Origin: Ascoidea asiatica JCM 7603
Lineage: Eukaryota > Fungi > Ascomycota
NCBI GenBank assembly: GCA_001600695.1
Contig: BCKQ01000008.1
Coordinates: 62,001 to 126,000 of the forward strand
Length of the DNA stretch: 64,000 bases
Direction: 5' to 3'
Part shown: positions 35,962 to 48,056 of the stretch, piece after piece
Layout: every line of letters begins with the position of its first letter
How positions within the stretch are numbered: the stretch's first letter is position 1
Notes under the pieces: generated by a model
Database searches by the model: none
Told to the model about the DNA's origin: nothing
The model's input: only the letters and a program-made list of their open reading frames with translations
Made by a program: the position numbers and the translations under genes

Positions 35962-36258
35962 TTAAGTGAATTTTAAAACTATTGGAACTATGATAATAAT
36001 TAATAAAATTAATATTAAAATAAATATCCATATTTTTAATTTTAAATTTTTTTTCCAAAAATGATTTTTAACTATTATTGTTCTTTTTTTAAAAGTTTCT
36101 GAAGTTTCATTAAGTTGTTCAGCTTTTGAATTTAAATTATTTGAAATTTCATTATTTTCTTCCATTTTTACTTTATTTTTAATTAATTGTTCCATTGTTG
36201 CATCAAGTGTATTTTGGATTTCTCCAATTTTATTTGATTGTGAATTATTACCAGACAT
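35962..36258 (-). CDS. Atypical synaptobrevin/Snc-like v-SNARE, copy 2
   Basis: 98 aa; IQNTLDAT...KAEQLNETSETFKK...FWKKNLKLKIW plus TM; Asn at the zero layer. Confidence 0.87.
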   Translation of the reverse strand: MSGNNSQSNKIGEIQNTLDATMEQLIKNKVKMEENNEISNNLNSKAEQLNETSETFKKRTIIVKNHFWKKNLKLKIWIFILILILLIIIIVPIVLKFT

Positions 36259-36699
36259 TTTGTTTATTATTGTTGTTGTTATTGTTGTTGTTATTGTAAT
36301 TGAATATTGATATTTAAAAAGTAAATCACTTCAGTGAAATCAGTGAAAGTTGTAGATTTATATAATTTCTATCAAACCAAATAACATTGTCAACCAACAT
36401 TATTCAATTCAAGTAGTCAACAGTTTATCAAATCAATTACTATATTCAATGGCTTCCAATTATCAAATCATCTCATCCAATTTCAATATTTCATTTTAAT
36501 TTATCAGTTTCCTGAAAGAAGGTAATTTCTAACAATAATCAATAATCAATCATCACTGTGAACTGATAACAGTAACAGTAACAGTAACAATAACAATAGC
36601 TTCAATAACAGTATCAAAAGTATCAAAAATGATGATCGCCTAAGAATAGAAAAGGCTATGAGATTAGTGGCGCAGGGAAATGTAAAAAAAAAAAAATTA

Positions 36700-36754
36700 A
36701 AAACCAGCCACGACGCGTGAAATTACGTAATAGTTGTATTTTACAAAGCACGTG
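36700..36754. promoter_or_regulatory. Motif cluster upstream of the synaptobrevin-like pair
   Basis: CAGCCAC (Crz1-like), ACGCGT MCB at 36713, TTACGTAA at 36723, CACGTG at 36749. Confidence 0.5.
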
Positions 36755-37086
36755 TGGTTTGGTGACCATTTAAACGGCTTTCCTTTTTGAATCCACCTTT
36801 ATGGGTCTTCTTATACACTTTTCCCCTTTCCCTTTTAGGAAATTGATTTAATTTAAATATTAATTTTATCATTTATCATTTAATTTAATCATTTAATAAA
36901 TATTTACAGAGAATTCAAATAGAAAATGTAATTGAATACTCTAATAATGCTATAATATAATATAATATGATATGATAAGATATAATAATATAATGCTTCA
37001 AGGATTTTCAACTTCTATATTAATTGTTTAACAAAAAGGAATCTCTAAAAATGATATAAAAGAAAAAAAAAAAATTAACTGAGTAA

Positions 37087-40000
37087 TTATTCAGTAATTA
37101 TGGTATCACATTCTTTATCATCAATTTCATTATTAATCACTTCAATCTTTTCTCCATTACTTTCACTTCCATTATTCTTAATTTCACTCACTTTACCCTT
37201 TTTCTCAAATTCGGTTGTTACCCATTCATTTGTAATTTTATCCTTTTTCATTTCCATTGTACTAAAATAATGATAATCTGTTTTAATTGAAATTGCAAAT
37301 GGTACATTATCAAATGATATTAATCTAACTTTAACAAATGTTTCATCTGGTATATCTTTAATAACTTTAATAAATTCATCTAATGTTGAAGTTTTAATTT
37401 CATTAATATGTGTAATAAAATTTGTTGAATGTAATTCATAATGCATTGCTGGACTTGATAATGATAAACTTGAAATATAAATATCTGAATGAATTTTTTT
37501 CATACTTTGTCTAACTGAATGAAATGGTTTTTGAATTATTGCTCCACACCAACTTATAAATTGTTCACTTTCTTTAATTTCAATACTTTTTATATTTAAA
37601 TTCATTAATTTTTTTTTCCTAATAATTTTTAAATTAATTTCTTCACTTTCATTTAAATTTATTAAATTATTTAAATCTCTAAAATTTGAAATAATTTTAT
37701 TACCATTACCATTACCATTACCACCACTTAAAATTATATCTCCATATTTTAAATTATAACAATTAATATATTCTTCTTTTAAAATTCCATTTTCAAAATC
37801 TTTAAAAAATTCAAAATTTGGACATGTTATTGATGTTACAAATAAAAAATTAAATCTATCAATATTCTCAATTTTTTCTAATTCTTTTATTGAATCTTCT
37901 GGTACTCCCATAATTCTTGCTTTTGAAATTTGTAATTCAGAAAATTCAGCATCAATAATTTTTAATCTTGGTAATTTATTTGAATTTTGTAATAAATTTA
38001 TAATATTTAATAAATCAAAAATATCTAATCCTGAATAATATAAAATATCTGATCCATCTTCATTCATTTCTCCTAAAAATGTTAACCAAAGTCCTTTAAT
38101 AATACCTTCTTTATTTGTTAAAAATCCACAACCAAATTTTGAACTTAAATTTGTATCTAATGAAAATGTTGTTAAATTTGTACCTCTATATCTTGGTGAT
38201 GTTGAATTTTTGTGTATTAATGTTGGAGAAATTTCTGTAATTGTAGTTTCAGAAATTGAAACTCTATTATTAAAATCATGTCCAATAAAATAAACTTTTT
38301 CACCTCTTTTTAATGGTTTATTACTAAATTTTGGTGTTTTTACAGGCGCTAAAACTAATAATGGATCATATTTTAAAATTGCAATATTAAATATTGGATG
38401 TAAAAAAATTACTTTTGCAGGTACAATAATTGAATTTGATATAGTTATATTAAAATCTCCTAAATCATGTGGTACAAAATATCTTGAAATCATTACATAA
38501 CCTTTTTCAGAATCAATTATTAATCCAGATCCAAACAGAGATGTATAAAAAAAAGAATTTAAGACTATTGGAAAATGTGAAGAAATTGAAATTAAAGATC
38601 TTGATAATTTTTTAATATTTGGTTCAATTGATGGAAAATCAATAAATTTTGCATTTAATGGTTTTAAAGGTAATTTTGGTATTGGTTTTGATAATTTTTT
38701 AAAATCCCATAAACCTGTTAAATCATTTCTTATTGCTAATTTAAAATCTTTATACCAATGTCTATCAATATAAATTGTTTTAATTTTTGGTGTATGCATA
38801 TCACTTACATGTTTTAAAATTATTGAAATTCTTGAACAATCTGGAATTTTAGACATAATATTAATAAATTCATCTAAATTATTAATTTCATTATTATCAA
38901 TATTTTCAATTAACCAACCTGTATTTATTGAATTTTCAAAAGATCCAGAAGCTGAACAAATATAAACACCTTTAATTGGTAATGAAAAATCTTTTGCAAT
39001 TTGATAAGATAAATTATGAAAAATTGCACCAGAAATTTGAACAAATTTATTTGGAGTTATTAAATGTAAATCTTGAATTTTAATATTAAATTCTAATAAA
39101 TTTCCAGATCTTTGAATTTTAAAATTTAATAAATTATTAACATTTGAATCTAAAATTGAATCAATTTGAATAAATGAATTTATAAAAATATTATTAATTG
39201 AAATTAAAATATCACCTTCTTTGATAAAATTAAATGCAGGACCTAAAGGTAAAATTATATTTGCAACTAATAAACCAATAGAATCTTTAAATAAATTTCT
39301 AAATTTTATTTCATAATTTTTTGTTAAACCTAATCTTTTACATTCATCATATGGTTTTAATAACCAAATTGTTTGAATTGTACCTCTTGTAATTTTTTTA
39401 TTTTTTTGAATTAAATTTAAAGCTCTTTTAACTCTATTAATTGGTAAAAAAAAATCAGTTGAAGCATTTGTTGAACCACCAGCTTGTAAAGCAACAACAT
39501 CACCATTAATATTTATAACTGGAGAACCAGAAGAACCACCAGAAGCAGAAGCAGCAGCTTGAATATATTCAGTATTAAAATCATTATAAGTTAAACTACC
39601 ATAATCAGGAGAATTTCTATTTAATCTTGAAATAAAACCAGATAAAATACTTAATTTTTCACCATTATCATTACCAACAACTCTAATTTCAGTACCAATT
39701 TTAGCTAATTCTGGTTTTAAATTTAATTCAAATAATAAAGAATTATTTTGATTATTAATATTATTATTAATATTATTATTAATATTATTAATATTATTAT
39801 CATTTGAATGTAAATAATGAATATGATTTGGATTAAATTTTAAAAAACCAAAATCATGAATTGGATCTCTATAAATTGGAATTACATTAATTTCTTCATG
39901 ATTATCTAAGATTATATAACCTTTAAAAGGACCAGGAGAAACAACATGTCTATTTGTTAAAATTATACCATTTTTATAATCAATTATAAAACCAGTTGCT

Positions 40001-40373
40001 TGAGAACAAGAATTTATACTTTCAGTATCAAAAGGTAAAATTTGTTGAAATTGTATAGAAACAACAGTTTTAATAATTTTTTTTATAGTTTGTTGCCAAA
40101 TTGGATTTAAATCATTATTATTTAAGTTATTATTATTATTAATGTTATTATTTAATTTAATTCTTTTATTTATATTTGAATCTATTGAAGTTGTTATTGG
40201 TATTGGTATTGGTATTGATTTTTGTGTTTGTATTTGTATTGGTATTGGTATTGGTAATGGTAATGGAGATGGTAAAGTTATTGGATCTGATTCAGAATCA
40301 TTAATTAAAGAAATTGGAGTATTTTTAATAGAAAAAGATCTTTTTCTATTTAAGATTCCATTATTGTTAGTAA

Positions 40374-40412
<39 letters not shown>

Positions 40413-40422
40413 CAGAATCCAT
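37087..40422 (-). CDS. NMA111: HtrA-like serine protease Nma111/Ynm3
   Basis: ILTNRHVV, YRDPIHDFG, AAASASGGSSGSP, duplicated protease/PDZ architecture, KTDYHYF. Confidence 0.96.
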
Positions 40423-40769
40423 TTTATTAAAAATTCTATTATTCTTTCTCTTTTACATTAGAAGGAATAATTATTATGAATATGAATTCATTCAATTTAA
40501 TTCAGTTGATTCATTTTTTTTAAAAAAAACAAATACAATTTTAAATAAACAAATTAAAGATAAAAAAAAAAAAAAAAAAAAAATAGATTCGGTCATGTGC
40601 ACGAGTATATTTACCCTCGGGGTTTATTTCAGGGAATATCTACTTCCGAGGTCTACAATTTTATTTTACTTAAATTGTTATTGTATTATAAAATGGTGGT
40701 GGGTGATATGAAAAGATAATAATAATATTATATTATTATTATTGAGGTAAATAAATAAAAGATGATGAA

Positions 40770-40976
40770 TTATACAATTAAAGCTCTGATTGGAATATGA
40801 ATTAATTTTACACCATAACCAACAATACCCATCATTATGAAACCAACACCAACAGCTTGTATAATTTGTAAATATTCTTTTTTATTTGGTTTTGTACATT
40901 TTTTAATAAAAGAAGAACCTTCTTTAATGAAATCTACTGGAGTTTCAATTAATTTTTCAAAACCATCTGAAGCCAT
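40770..40976 (-). CDS. SSS1: Sec61 translocon gamma subunit
   Basis: 68 aa from the ATG at 40976: FIKKCTKPNKKEY...GFIMMGIVGYGVKLIHIPI; the ORF-track upstream extension starts at GTG and looks non-coding. Confidence 0.96.
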   Translation of the reverse strand: MASDGFEKLIETPVDFIKEGSSFIKKCTKPNKKEYLQIIQAVGVGFIMMGIVGYGVKLIHIPIRALIV

Positions 40977-41508
40977 TTTGTGATTGTAATTTTTAATTGT
41001 ATGAAAGAATGATATTTTATAACTTATTGGATTGTATCTAGTGATAATAAATGATAAGTTGTAAGTTGTAAGTTGTAATGGTGACAGTTCGTTGAAATAT
41101 TTGTTGATGAGGATCAAATTCAAGGAAAGGAACGAAGCTGGTAAAAGTGGTGAATTTTGACTGTTGCAAGAGAAACAGCGGCAGCTCGCGGCTGAGCTGT
41201 CATCTAGAAACCAGAGAGGCACGTGCTAGTGGTGCTCGGCCAGGCCGGAAGTAGAATAACTACGTAAACAATTACCGTGATAGTACTTTACTCACATGAC
41301 TGGATACAGGACACTTAAAAGAGAATGGGGGCAGTAACTACACAACACGGGGACGAGGCAATACGTCTTGTCCTAGTTCAAACAGTGATAAGTAGAATTG
41401 CAATTGAAGCTGGAAATCTATTCATTTATCTACAATTATTTACAGAATACAAACACCACCAATGCTACCATCATCTTATAACATCTTCCCCATAGTATTT
41501 CACCAGCA

Positions 41509-41823
41509 TTAAGCGTAGGGAAGCAATCTCTTTAGTTTCTTGATGTGATCTCCATTTCCTTTGCGCATGGCCTCTTTGCTTGAGTCTTTCTTTTGCAAGA
41601 GTCTGTGGCTCCAGCCAACGTTGCCATGTTTTCTTCCAGGCTGGCCTCGGACGTATCTGTCTGGTTTGCCTCTTTTGATCCATCTTTTCATGGCTCCTTT
41701 GTGTGTTTTCATCAATGTTCTGGAGAAACTCAACACATTCACGCTGCTTCTGGTTCCAAAGCTGTTTGCAGCCCTCCTCCAAACGGGACTCACTGCTCCC
41801 ATTATTGTAAGTATCGAGTTCAT
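41509..41823 (-). CDS. MRP35: Mitochondrial ribosomal protein bL35m
   Basis: Presequence, then RTLMKTHKGAMKRW, GRKHGNVGWS and LKRLLPY; near NMA111 as in S. cerevisiae. Confidence 0.92.
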   Translation of the reverse strand: MNSILTIMGAVSPVWRRAANSFGTRSSVNVLSFSRTLMKTHKGAMKRWIKRGKPDRYVRGQPGRKHGNVGWSHRLLQKKDSSKEAMRKGNGDHIKKLKRLLPYA

Positions 41824-42172
41824 TGCAATTCTTGGCCTTGTTGAAGAACTTCTTGAATATTTTCAATTTCAATTCAATTTCAATTCAATTCAATTTCAAT
41901 TTCTTTTTTCACCAACCACAAAACCAAAAAAAATCAATGAAATTAAAATAGCAAGTCATGTGATACTTCGTTACGTAATAAACGTCGAATATTACGTAAT
42001 CCACGAAACTCGATATAATCATTTCTTATCCAAAAAGGGTAACTCTCCAAACTACTGAAAATCCACTGGAATTAGACCTAAATTTATATTGAATCCATTG
42101 TCAACAAATATCAATACAATTACAATCATTAATTATAATATAATATTAAAAAAAATGCATAAATAATTAATC

Positions 42173-42209
<37 letters not shown>

Positions 42210-42277
42210 CATATATCTAATACATTATAAATCCTTTACTTTTTTTTTCACATCTCATTTCATATACATTATATATT

Positions 42278-43027
42278 ATGTCAATTGATCCTTATAAATA
42301 TTGGCATATTTTAAAACTTGATTCTTCAAATTTACCAAAATTATTTAAAAATGAAATTATTCAATTAATTTTAAATAATATTGCAATTTATCAATTTAAT
42401 TATAAAATTAATAATTTTCAAAATGGTAGATTATACTTAACAAATTATAGAATTATATTCATTAATAATATTTTAACCGCTGATACAAATACTAATAATA
42501 ATATATTCATTTATATCAATGATATTGATTATTTAAAAACTTATAATGGCTTTTTAAATTCTTCTCCAAAATTAATTATATACTTTAATGAGAATATATT
42601 CATTAATCAATCTCAATGTAATTATGAAAATATTCAATCTATTAATCCTTCAATTAATCAATTAAATACTAATCAATCAAATAATGATTTAAAAATTAAT
42701 TGGATTTGCTCAATTTGTAAATATTCTAATATAACTTTCATTAATCAATCTTTTAATATTCAATCAATTATAAATTCACCAAATTGTAAAAATTGTGGTA
42801 TAAAAATTAAAAAATTAAATTATTTAAATTCAATTAAAAAATCAAATTCAATTAATATTAATAAATTAAATAATAATCCTATCGATAAAGATCCAATACC
42901 CAATTCAATACCAAATTCAATACCTAATTCAATACCAGATTCAATTGATTGCTTGAAATGTACTTTTAAAAATCATAAATTAATGAAAGTTTGTGAATTA
43001 TGTGGTAATCCATTATTAATAAAAAAA

Positions 43028-43069
<42 letters not shown>

Positions 43070-43315
43070 GATAACAATGAAAAGAATAAAATAAATTTCA
43101 TTTTAGAAAATAATATTAATATAAATTCTTTAATTAATCAATTTAATAAAAATTTTATTAAATTAAGTTTTAGAAATTTAATTAATTTTAAAGATTTTAA
43201 AAATTTTCAAAATATACTTTTAAATAATTTAAAAAATTTAAATTTAATTAATTTAAATTCAAATTTATCTCAACATTTATCAATTAATCAAAATGTTTCT
43301 AAAATTTTAATTAAA

Positions 43316-43367
<52 letters not shown>

Positions 43368-44359
43368 CTAATAATAATTTAGGTATAATTGGTTTAGAAA
43401 AAAAACAAAATGAAATTAATAATAAAAATATAAATTTAATTAAAAATTCTTCAACAGATTTAAATTCTTTAATGTTAAAAGCAAAAGATTTAATAAATTT
43501 AGCAAATTCAATAAAATATTATATTAATAATTCAAATATAACTTTAAATAATTTAAATTCAAATGAAAATAAAATTATTATTAATGCAAAAAAATATTTA
43601 AATGAATCTGATTCTTTATTAGGTTTATCTTCAAATAATAAAAATCAATTAATTTTTAATCATTTTATAACTACAAATAATTTTAATTTCTTAAATAAAT
43701 TAAATAATAAAAATTTATATTATGATGAATTATCAAGAAATTTATCTAATTTTTTAATAAATTTTATCTTTAATAAAAAATTAAATTTAAATTTCTTAAA
43801 TGATAATAATAATAATAATAATAATAATGAAAATATTTATTCTGGTGGTATAATAACTTTAACTGATTTATATTCTTTATATAATAGATCTTTAGGTTTT
43901 AATAATAATTTAATTTCTCCATCAGATTTATTAGAATCTTGTAAAAGATTTGAATCTTTAAATTTACCTTTAATTTTAAAAAAATTCTCAAAATCAAATT
44001 TATTAGTTGTTCAAAATATTAATTTAACTGATAATATAATCTTAGAAAATTTATTAAATTGGTTAATTAATGATTATCAAAATTTAATTTTAAATAATTT
44101 TCAATCTTATTTATTTAATAATTTAAATAATATTGGTTTAAATAATGAATTTAAATTAAATTTAATTATTTTTGATAATAAATTTAAATTTGGAATTTCA
44201 ATTCAAAAATTATCTATAGATTTTAATTTAAGTATTGGAATCTTAGAAGAAATTTTATCAATAGCCGTAAATAATGGTCAATTAATCTTAGATAAAACAA
44301 TTTCTGGAATTGTTTATTATATAAATCAATTATCTGATTATAAAATTGATCCTCTATAA
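42278..44359 (+). CDS. VPS36: ESCRT-II subunit Vps36
   Basis: GLUE domain (FQNGRLYLTNYRII, SSPK, FIKLSFR) split by two NZF fingers (WICSIC..CKNCG; CLKCTFKNH..CELCG); EAP30 region DLYSLYNR..LISPSDL. Confidence 0.93.
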
Positions 44360-44531
44360 AATATTAATGACAAAGGTATGATGTAATTTTTATTAAATAC
44401 AATAGAATAGATTAATATAAAACAATTAAATAAAAAAAAAATAAATAGATGATATAAAGAAAGAAAGAAAGAAAATCAATTAAATAAAACCGAATGTAAA
44501 AAAGAAATAAAAAAGTAACAAAAATATATTC

Positions 44532-47270
44532 TCATATTTTCCTTCTTGGTAATGTATATTTCAAAAACACCTTTTGAAGTTGTCTTCTAACAGATAATTT
44601 TTGAGATCCAATAAAACTATCAACTTCAACTTTTATAGCTCTATCTAAATCACTACTATTAACAAATTCACTTAATCTCATTTTTGCAAAAGATTCTGCA
44701 ATTCTTAATATTGCTTCTAAATGTCTTACTGTTATTGCCATACTACCACTACCAATAGATTGTTTTCTTAAATCTGCATATACTTTTGAAACTTTATCAT
44801 TATCCATTTGACTTAATTTTGGTTTTATTCTTTTGGAATATTGAATATATTTACTTAAAATTTCTTGATCAATTAATCCAAATTTATTTGGTAATTCTGA
44901 TAATATTGTATCTAAACCTGAATTTTCCATATCTTGATCTTTATCTTTATCTTTATCTTGACCTTCTTCTCTATTTTTTTTACCTTCTGCTGCCATTATT
45001 GATTTAAAATGTGAATCAATAACAAATTTTGCTAATCTTTCATCTTCAACTGGATCAACTAAATCTCTTACAATACAAATTATATCAAAACGAGATAAAA
45101 TTGGTTCTGTTAAATCAACATTTCTTGATAATGGCATTGAACTATTATATCTACCACCTATTGGATTTGCAGCTGCAATTACTGAACATCTTGCTTGTAA
45201 TGTTGTTACAATACCTGCTTTAGAAATTGATATACTTTGTTGTTCCATTGCTTCATGAATTGAAGTTCTATCTTGATCATGCATTTTATCAAATTCATCA
45301 ATAATACATGTACCTTTATCAGCTAAAACTAATGCACCACCTTCTAAAGACCATTCATTTGTAACTGGATCTTTTCTTACAGAAGCTGTTAAACCAACAC
45401 CTGAAGCTCCTTGACCTGTTGAATAAACAGCACGATGAGCAGTTTTTTCAACATATTTTAAAATTTGAGATTTTGCAGTACCTGGATCACCAAGTAATAA
45501 AACATTAATATCACCTCTAATTTGATGTTTACCATTAATATCTTTTGCAACACCACCAAATAATGAACAAGCAATTGCAGTTTTAATATTTCTATGACCA
45601 TAAATTGAAGGAGCTATTGAATTTATAATTTTTTCTATAATTCCTTTTTCTTTTGACATTCTTCTAAATAAAGTTTCTTCTTCTTCAGAATATCTAAAAA
45701 TATCTAAATTTTTATCTAAAATTGAACCATCATAAATTTTTCTTTCATCACCAGAATCTGTATGACTACTTGTACTACCATCAACTTGAACAGAATTTGC
45801 TTCAATAATAGTTGCAAAAACTGGAAAACCATTTTTTGCATTTAAATAACCATTATAACTATTTTTATAAACTCCAGTAATTGAAACTAATTGACCAGGT
45901 TTTGCACAATCAACTAAATCCCATAATAATATAACTTCTTTATGACGTGGTAATCTACCAGCAGGTACAGAACCTGGAGGTTCTTGAATTGTAATTTGTT
46001 GATAATTTGAATAAGTTGTAACTTCAGTATTTAATTTAAATGGACCTCTTGAATGACAATTACTACAAAAAGAAACTTTAACTTCTTGATTTGAATCTTG
46101 AAAATAAGGACCTAAAACTACACCACATTTTGTACAATCAAATTTTAAATATTTTAATTGTGGAAAAACTCCAGTTCTTCTAGTTACAACTCCAGAAACT
46201 TTAACTAAAGAATTTAAATGATTTTCTCTTAATTCTCTTAAATTAAATAAATTTGGAGAAAAATTAACAATTCTTACATGAATATCAGAATGAATTTGAG
46301 AATATTCAGAATAATGTAATTCAATACATTCTAAAGCAATTTGATCAAAAATTCTTAAAATTTCTTCAGGAGATGTTGATAAAAAAAATGCTAAAATTGG
46401 TTTTGAATTAATTAAATGTTGATAATTAACTTCTAAAGATTCAGAATTAATTTCACCTAATAATTTTATTTGAGCACCATAATAAGATCTACCTTTTTCA
46501 TCAGTATATTCAACTAAAAAAGATTTTAATTCTCTTGCAATTGATCTACTCACAGGTGGAGATAAAATCCATTCAGTTATTGAAGGAGCTTTAACTTCAC
46601 TTAATTCTTCTAAAGTTAATTCATGAGATAAAGGATCATTATCAATATAATCATCATCATCATCATCTAAATTATCAAAATTTTCTTGATCAAAATTTCT
46701 TCTACGTTTTTGTTGTTTTGGTAAACCATATTGATCTAAATTTTCATTATTATTATCATTATCATCATCATCATCATCTAAGAGACCTTGAGTTAAACCA
46801 TTAAATCTTGAATTTGATTTATTTAAAATTTTATCTCTTTTATTTAATAAATTATCAATTCTTCTTCTTGAAGATAAATCTAAATTATTTAAATTATTTG
46901 AATTATCATCATCAATATAATTTGAATCATAATGATCAAGTTCATCAATACCTTTATAATCATTTTCCATATTATCAGCAAATAAATCTATACCATCTTG
47001 ATCTTCAGCTCTTTCTTCTAAATCATCTATATCATTAATAATTTCTCTATCATCTTCTTCTAATGGAAAACCAGGAGAAGAAGGAGGTAAATTATTAATA
47101 TCATGATGATGATTATGATTATGACTATGATTATTAAGGTTAGAATCTTGAGTTGAAGGAATTGGAGAGGAACCAATACTTGATAAAGCTGAATTTAATT
47201 CAATATCATCATCATCATAATCATTATCTAATTGAGAGACTTGTCTTTTTCTTCTTCTATTATCTGACAT
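44532..47270 (-). CDS. MCM2: Replicative helicase subunit Mcm2
   Basis: Acidic N-terminus with LPPSSP, GVVTRRTGVFPQL, C4 zinc finger, GDPGTAKSQ, IDEFDKM, LSRFD. Confidence 0.98.
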   Translation of the reverse strand: MSDNRRRKRQVSQLDNDYDDDDIELNSALSSIGSSPIPSTQDSNLNNHSHNHNHHHDINNLPPSSPGFPLEEDDREIINDIDDLEERAEDQDGIDLFADNMENDYKGIDELDHYDSNYIDDDNSNNLNNLDLSSRRRIDNLLNKRDKILNKSNSRFNGLTQGLLDDDDDDNDNNNENLDQYGLPKQQKRRRNFDQENFDNLDDDDDDYIDNDPLSHELTLEELSEVKAPSITEWILSPPVSRSIARELKSFLVEYTDEKGRSYYGAQIKLLGEINSESLEVNYQHLINSKPILAFFLSTSPEEILRIFDQIALECIELHYSEYSQIHSDIHVRIVNFSPNLFNLRELRENHLNSLVKVSGVVTRRTGVFPQLKYLKFDCTKCGVVLGPYFQDSNQEVKVSFCSNCHSRGPFKLNTEVTTYSNYQQITIQEPPGSVPAGRLPRHKEVILLWDLVDCAKPGQLVSITGVYKNSYNGYLNAKNGFPVFATIIEANSVQVDGSTSSHTDSGDERKIYDGSILDKNLDIFRYSEEEETLFRRMSKEKGIIEKIINSIAPSIYGHRNIKTAIACSLFGGVAKDINGKHQIRGDINVLLLGDPGTAKSQILKYVEKTAHRAVYSTGQGASGVGLTASVRKDPVTNEWSLEGGALVLADKGTCIIDEFDKMHDQDRTSIHEAMEQQSISISKAGIVTTLQARCSVIAAANPIGGRYNSSMPLSRNVDLTEPILSRFDIICIVRDLVDPVEDERLAKFVIDSHFKSIMAAEGKKNREEGQDKDKDKDQDMENSGLDTILSELPNKFGLIDQEILSKYIQYSKRIKPKLSQMDNDKVSKVYADLRKQSIGSGSMAITVRHLEAILRIAESFAKMRLSEFVNSSDLDRAIKVEVDSFIGSQKLSVRRQLQKVFLKYTLPRRKI

Positions 47271-47499
47271 TTTGTTATTATGTTAAATGATATATTAAGG
47301 AGTAGAAGTAATTGAATATATGATTAAGAAAAGAAATATCTATTAAATATCCAAATAATATAATATAATATAATATAATTGTCAATTCTAATTCTTATTT
47401 GGTAAAAATTCAATTCAATAGTTTCATCAACTTTATTAAATCCATTTCTTTTTTGTTTTATTTGTTTTATTTCAAAGTTTCAAAGTTTCAAGTTTGGAA

Positions 47500-47575
47500 A
47501 CGCGTAAAAAATAAAATAAATTCAAAAATACGCGTCAAAAAAAAGGAATTAAAAAATGTTTCAAAAATTACGCGT
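47500..47575. promoter_or_regulatory. Three MCB elements (ACGCGT) upstream of MCM2
   Basis: ACGCGT at 47500, 47530 and 47570 in otherwise A/T sequence, 230-300 bp upstream of the ATG. Confidence 0.85.
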
Positions 47576-47812
47576 TTTCAGTTGGTAACTATGAATGCTG
47601 AACGGAGAGTGCTTGAAAAAGGAGAAAAAAAAAGATTGTTAACGTTACTGAAAGAAGGTGATTAATTCACAGAGTTCGACAGTGAAGAAAGAAGAAAGAA
47701 GAAAGTGAAGAGAAGAGAAGAAGATGTTTAATTGATTGTAGGGAATATAGAAAATATATAATATATAATATATAATATATAATATATAATATATATAATT
47801 TAAAATATAAAA

Positions 47813-48013
47813 CTATAGAACAGTTCTTTGAGTATGATTATTTGAATTACCTGGATAATTGGATAATTCTATTGAATTTTGATTATTATTGTTATTATTA
47901 TTATTATTATAATAATCAGAATTTTCACCACCAGAATTAGTTGAAGCTATATTAGAAGCAGGATTATAAGAAGTATCTTTTTTATAATCATTTGTATCAT
48001 ATAAAGTTGTAGA

Positions 48014-48056
<43 letters not shown>

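Noticed and set aside
40977-41222. 82-aa N-terminal extension of SSS1 in the ORF track
   Set aside because: Starts at GTG and runs through promoter/UTR-like sequence; the ATG at 40976 has an A-rich context and gives a normal-length Sec61 gamma.
41471-42058. ORFs overlapping MRP35 (133, 165 and 83 aa)
   Set aside because: Non-ATG or shadow frames expected from local GC richness; only the 104-aa frame has a recognisable family.
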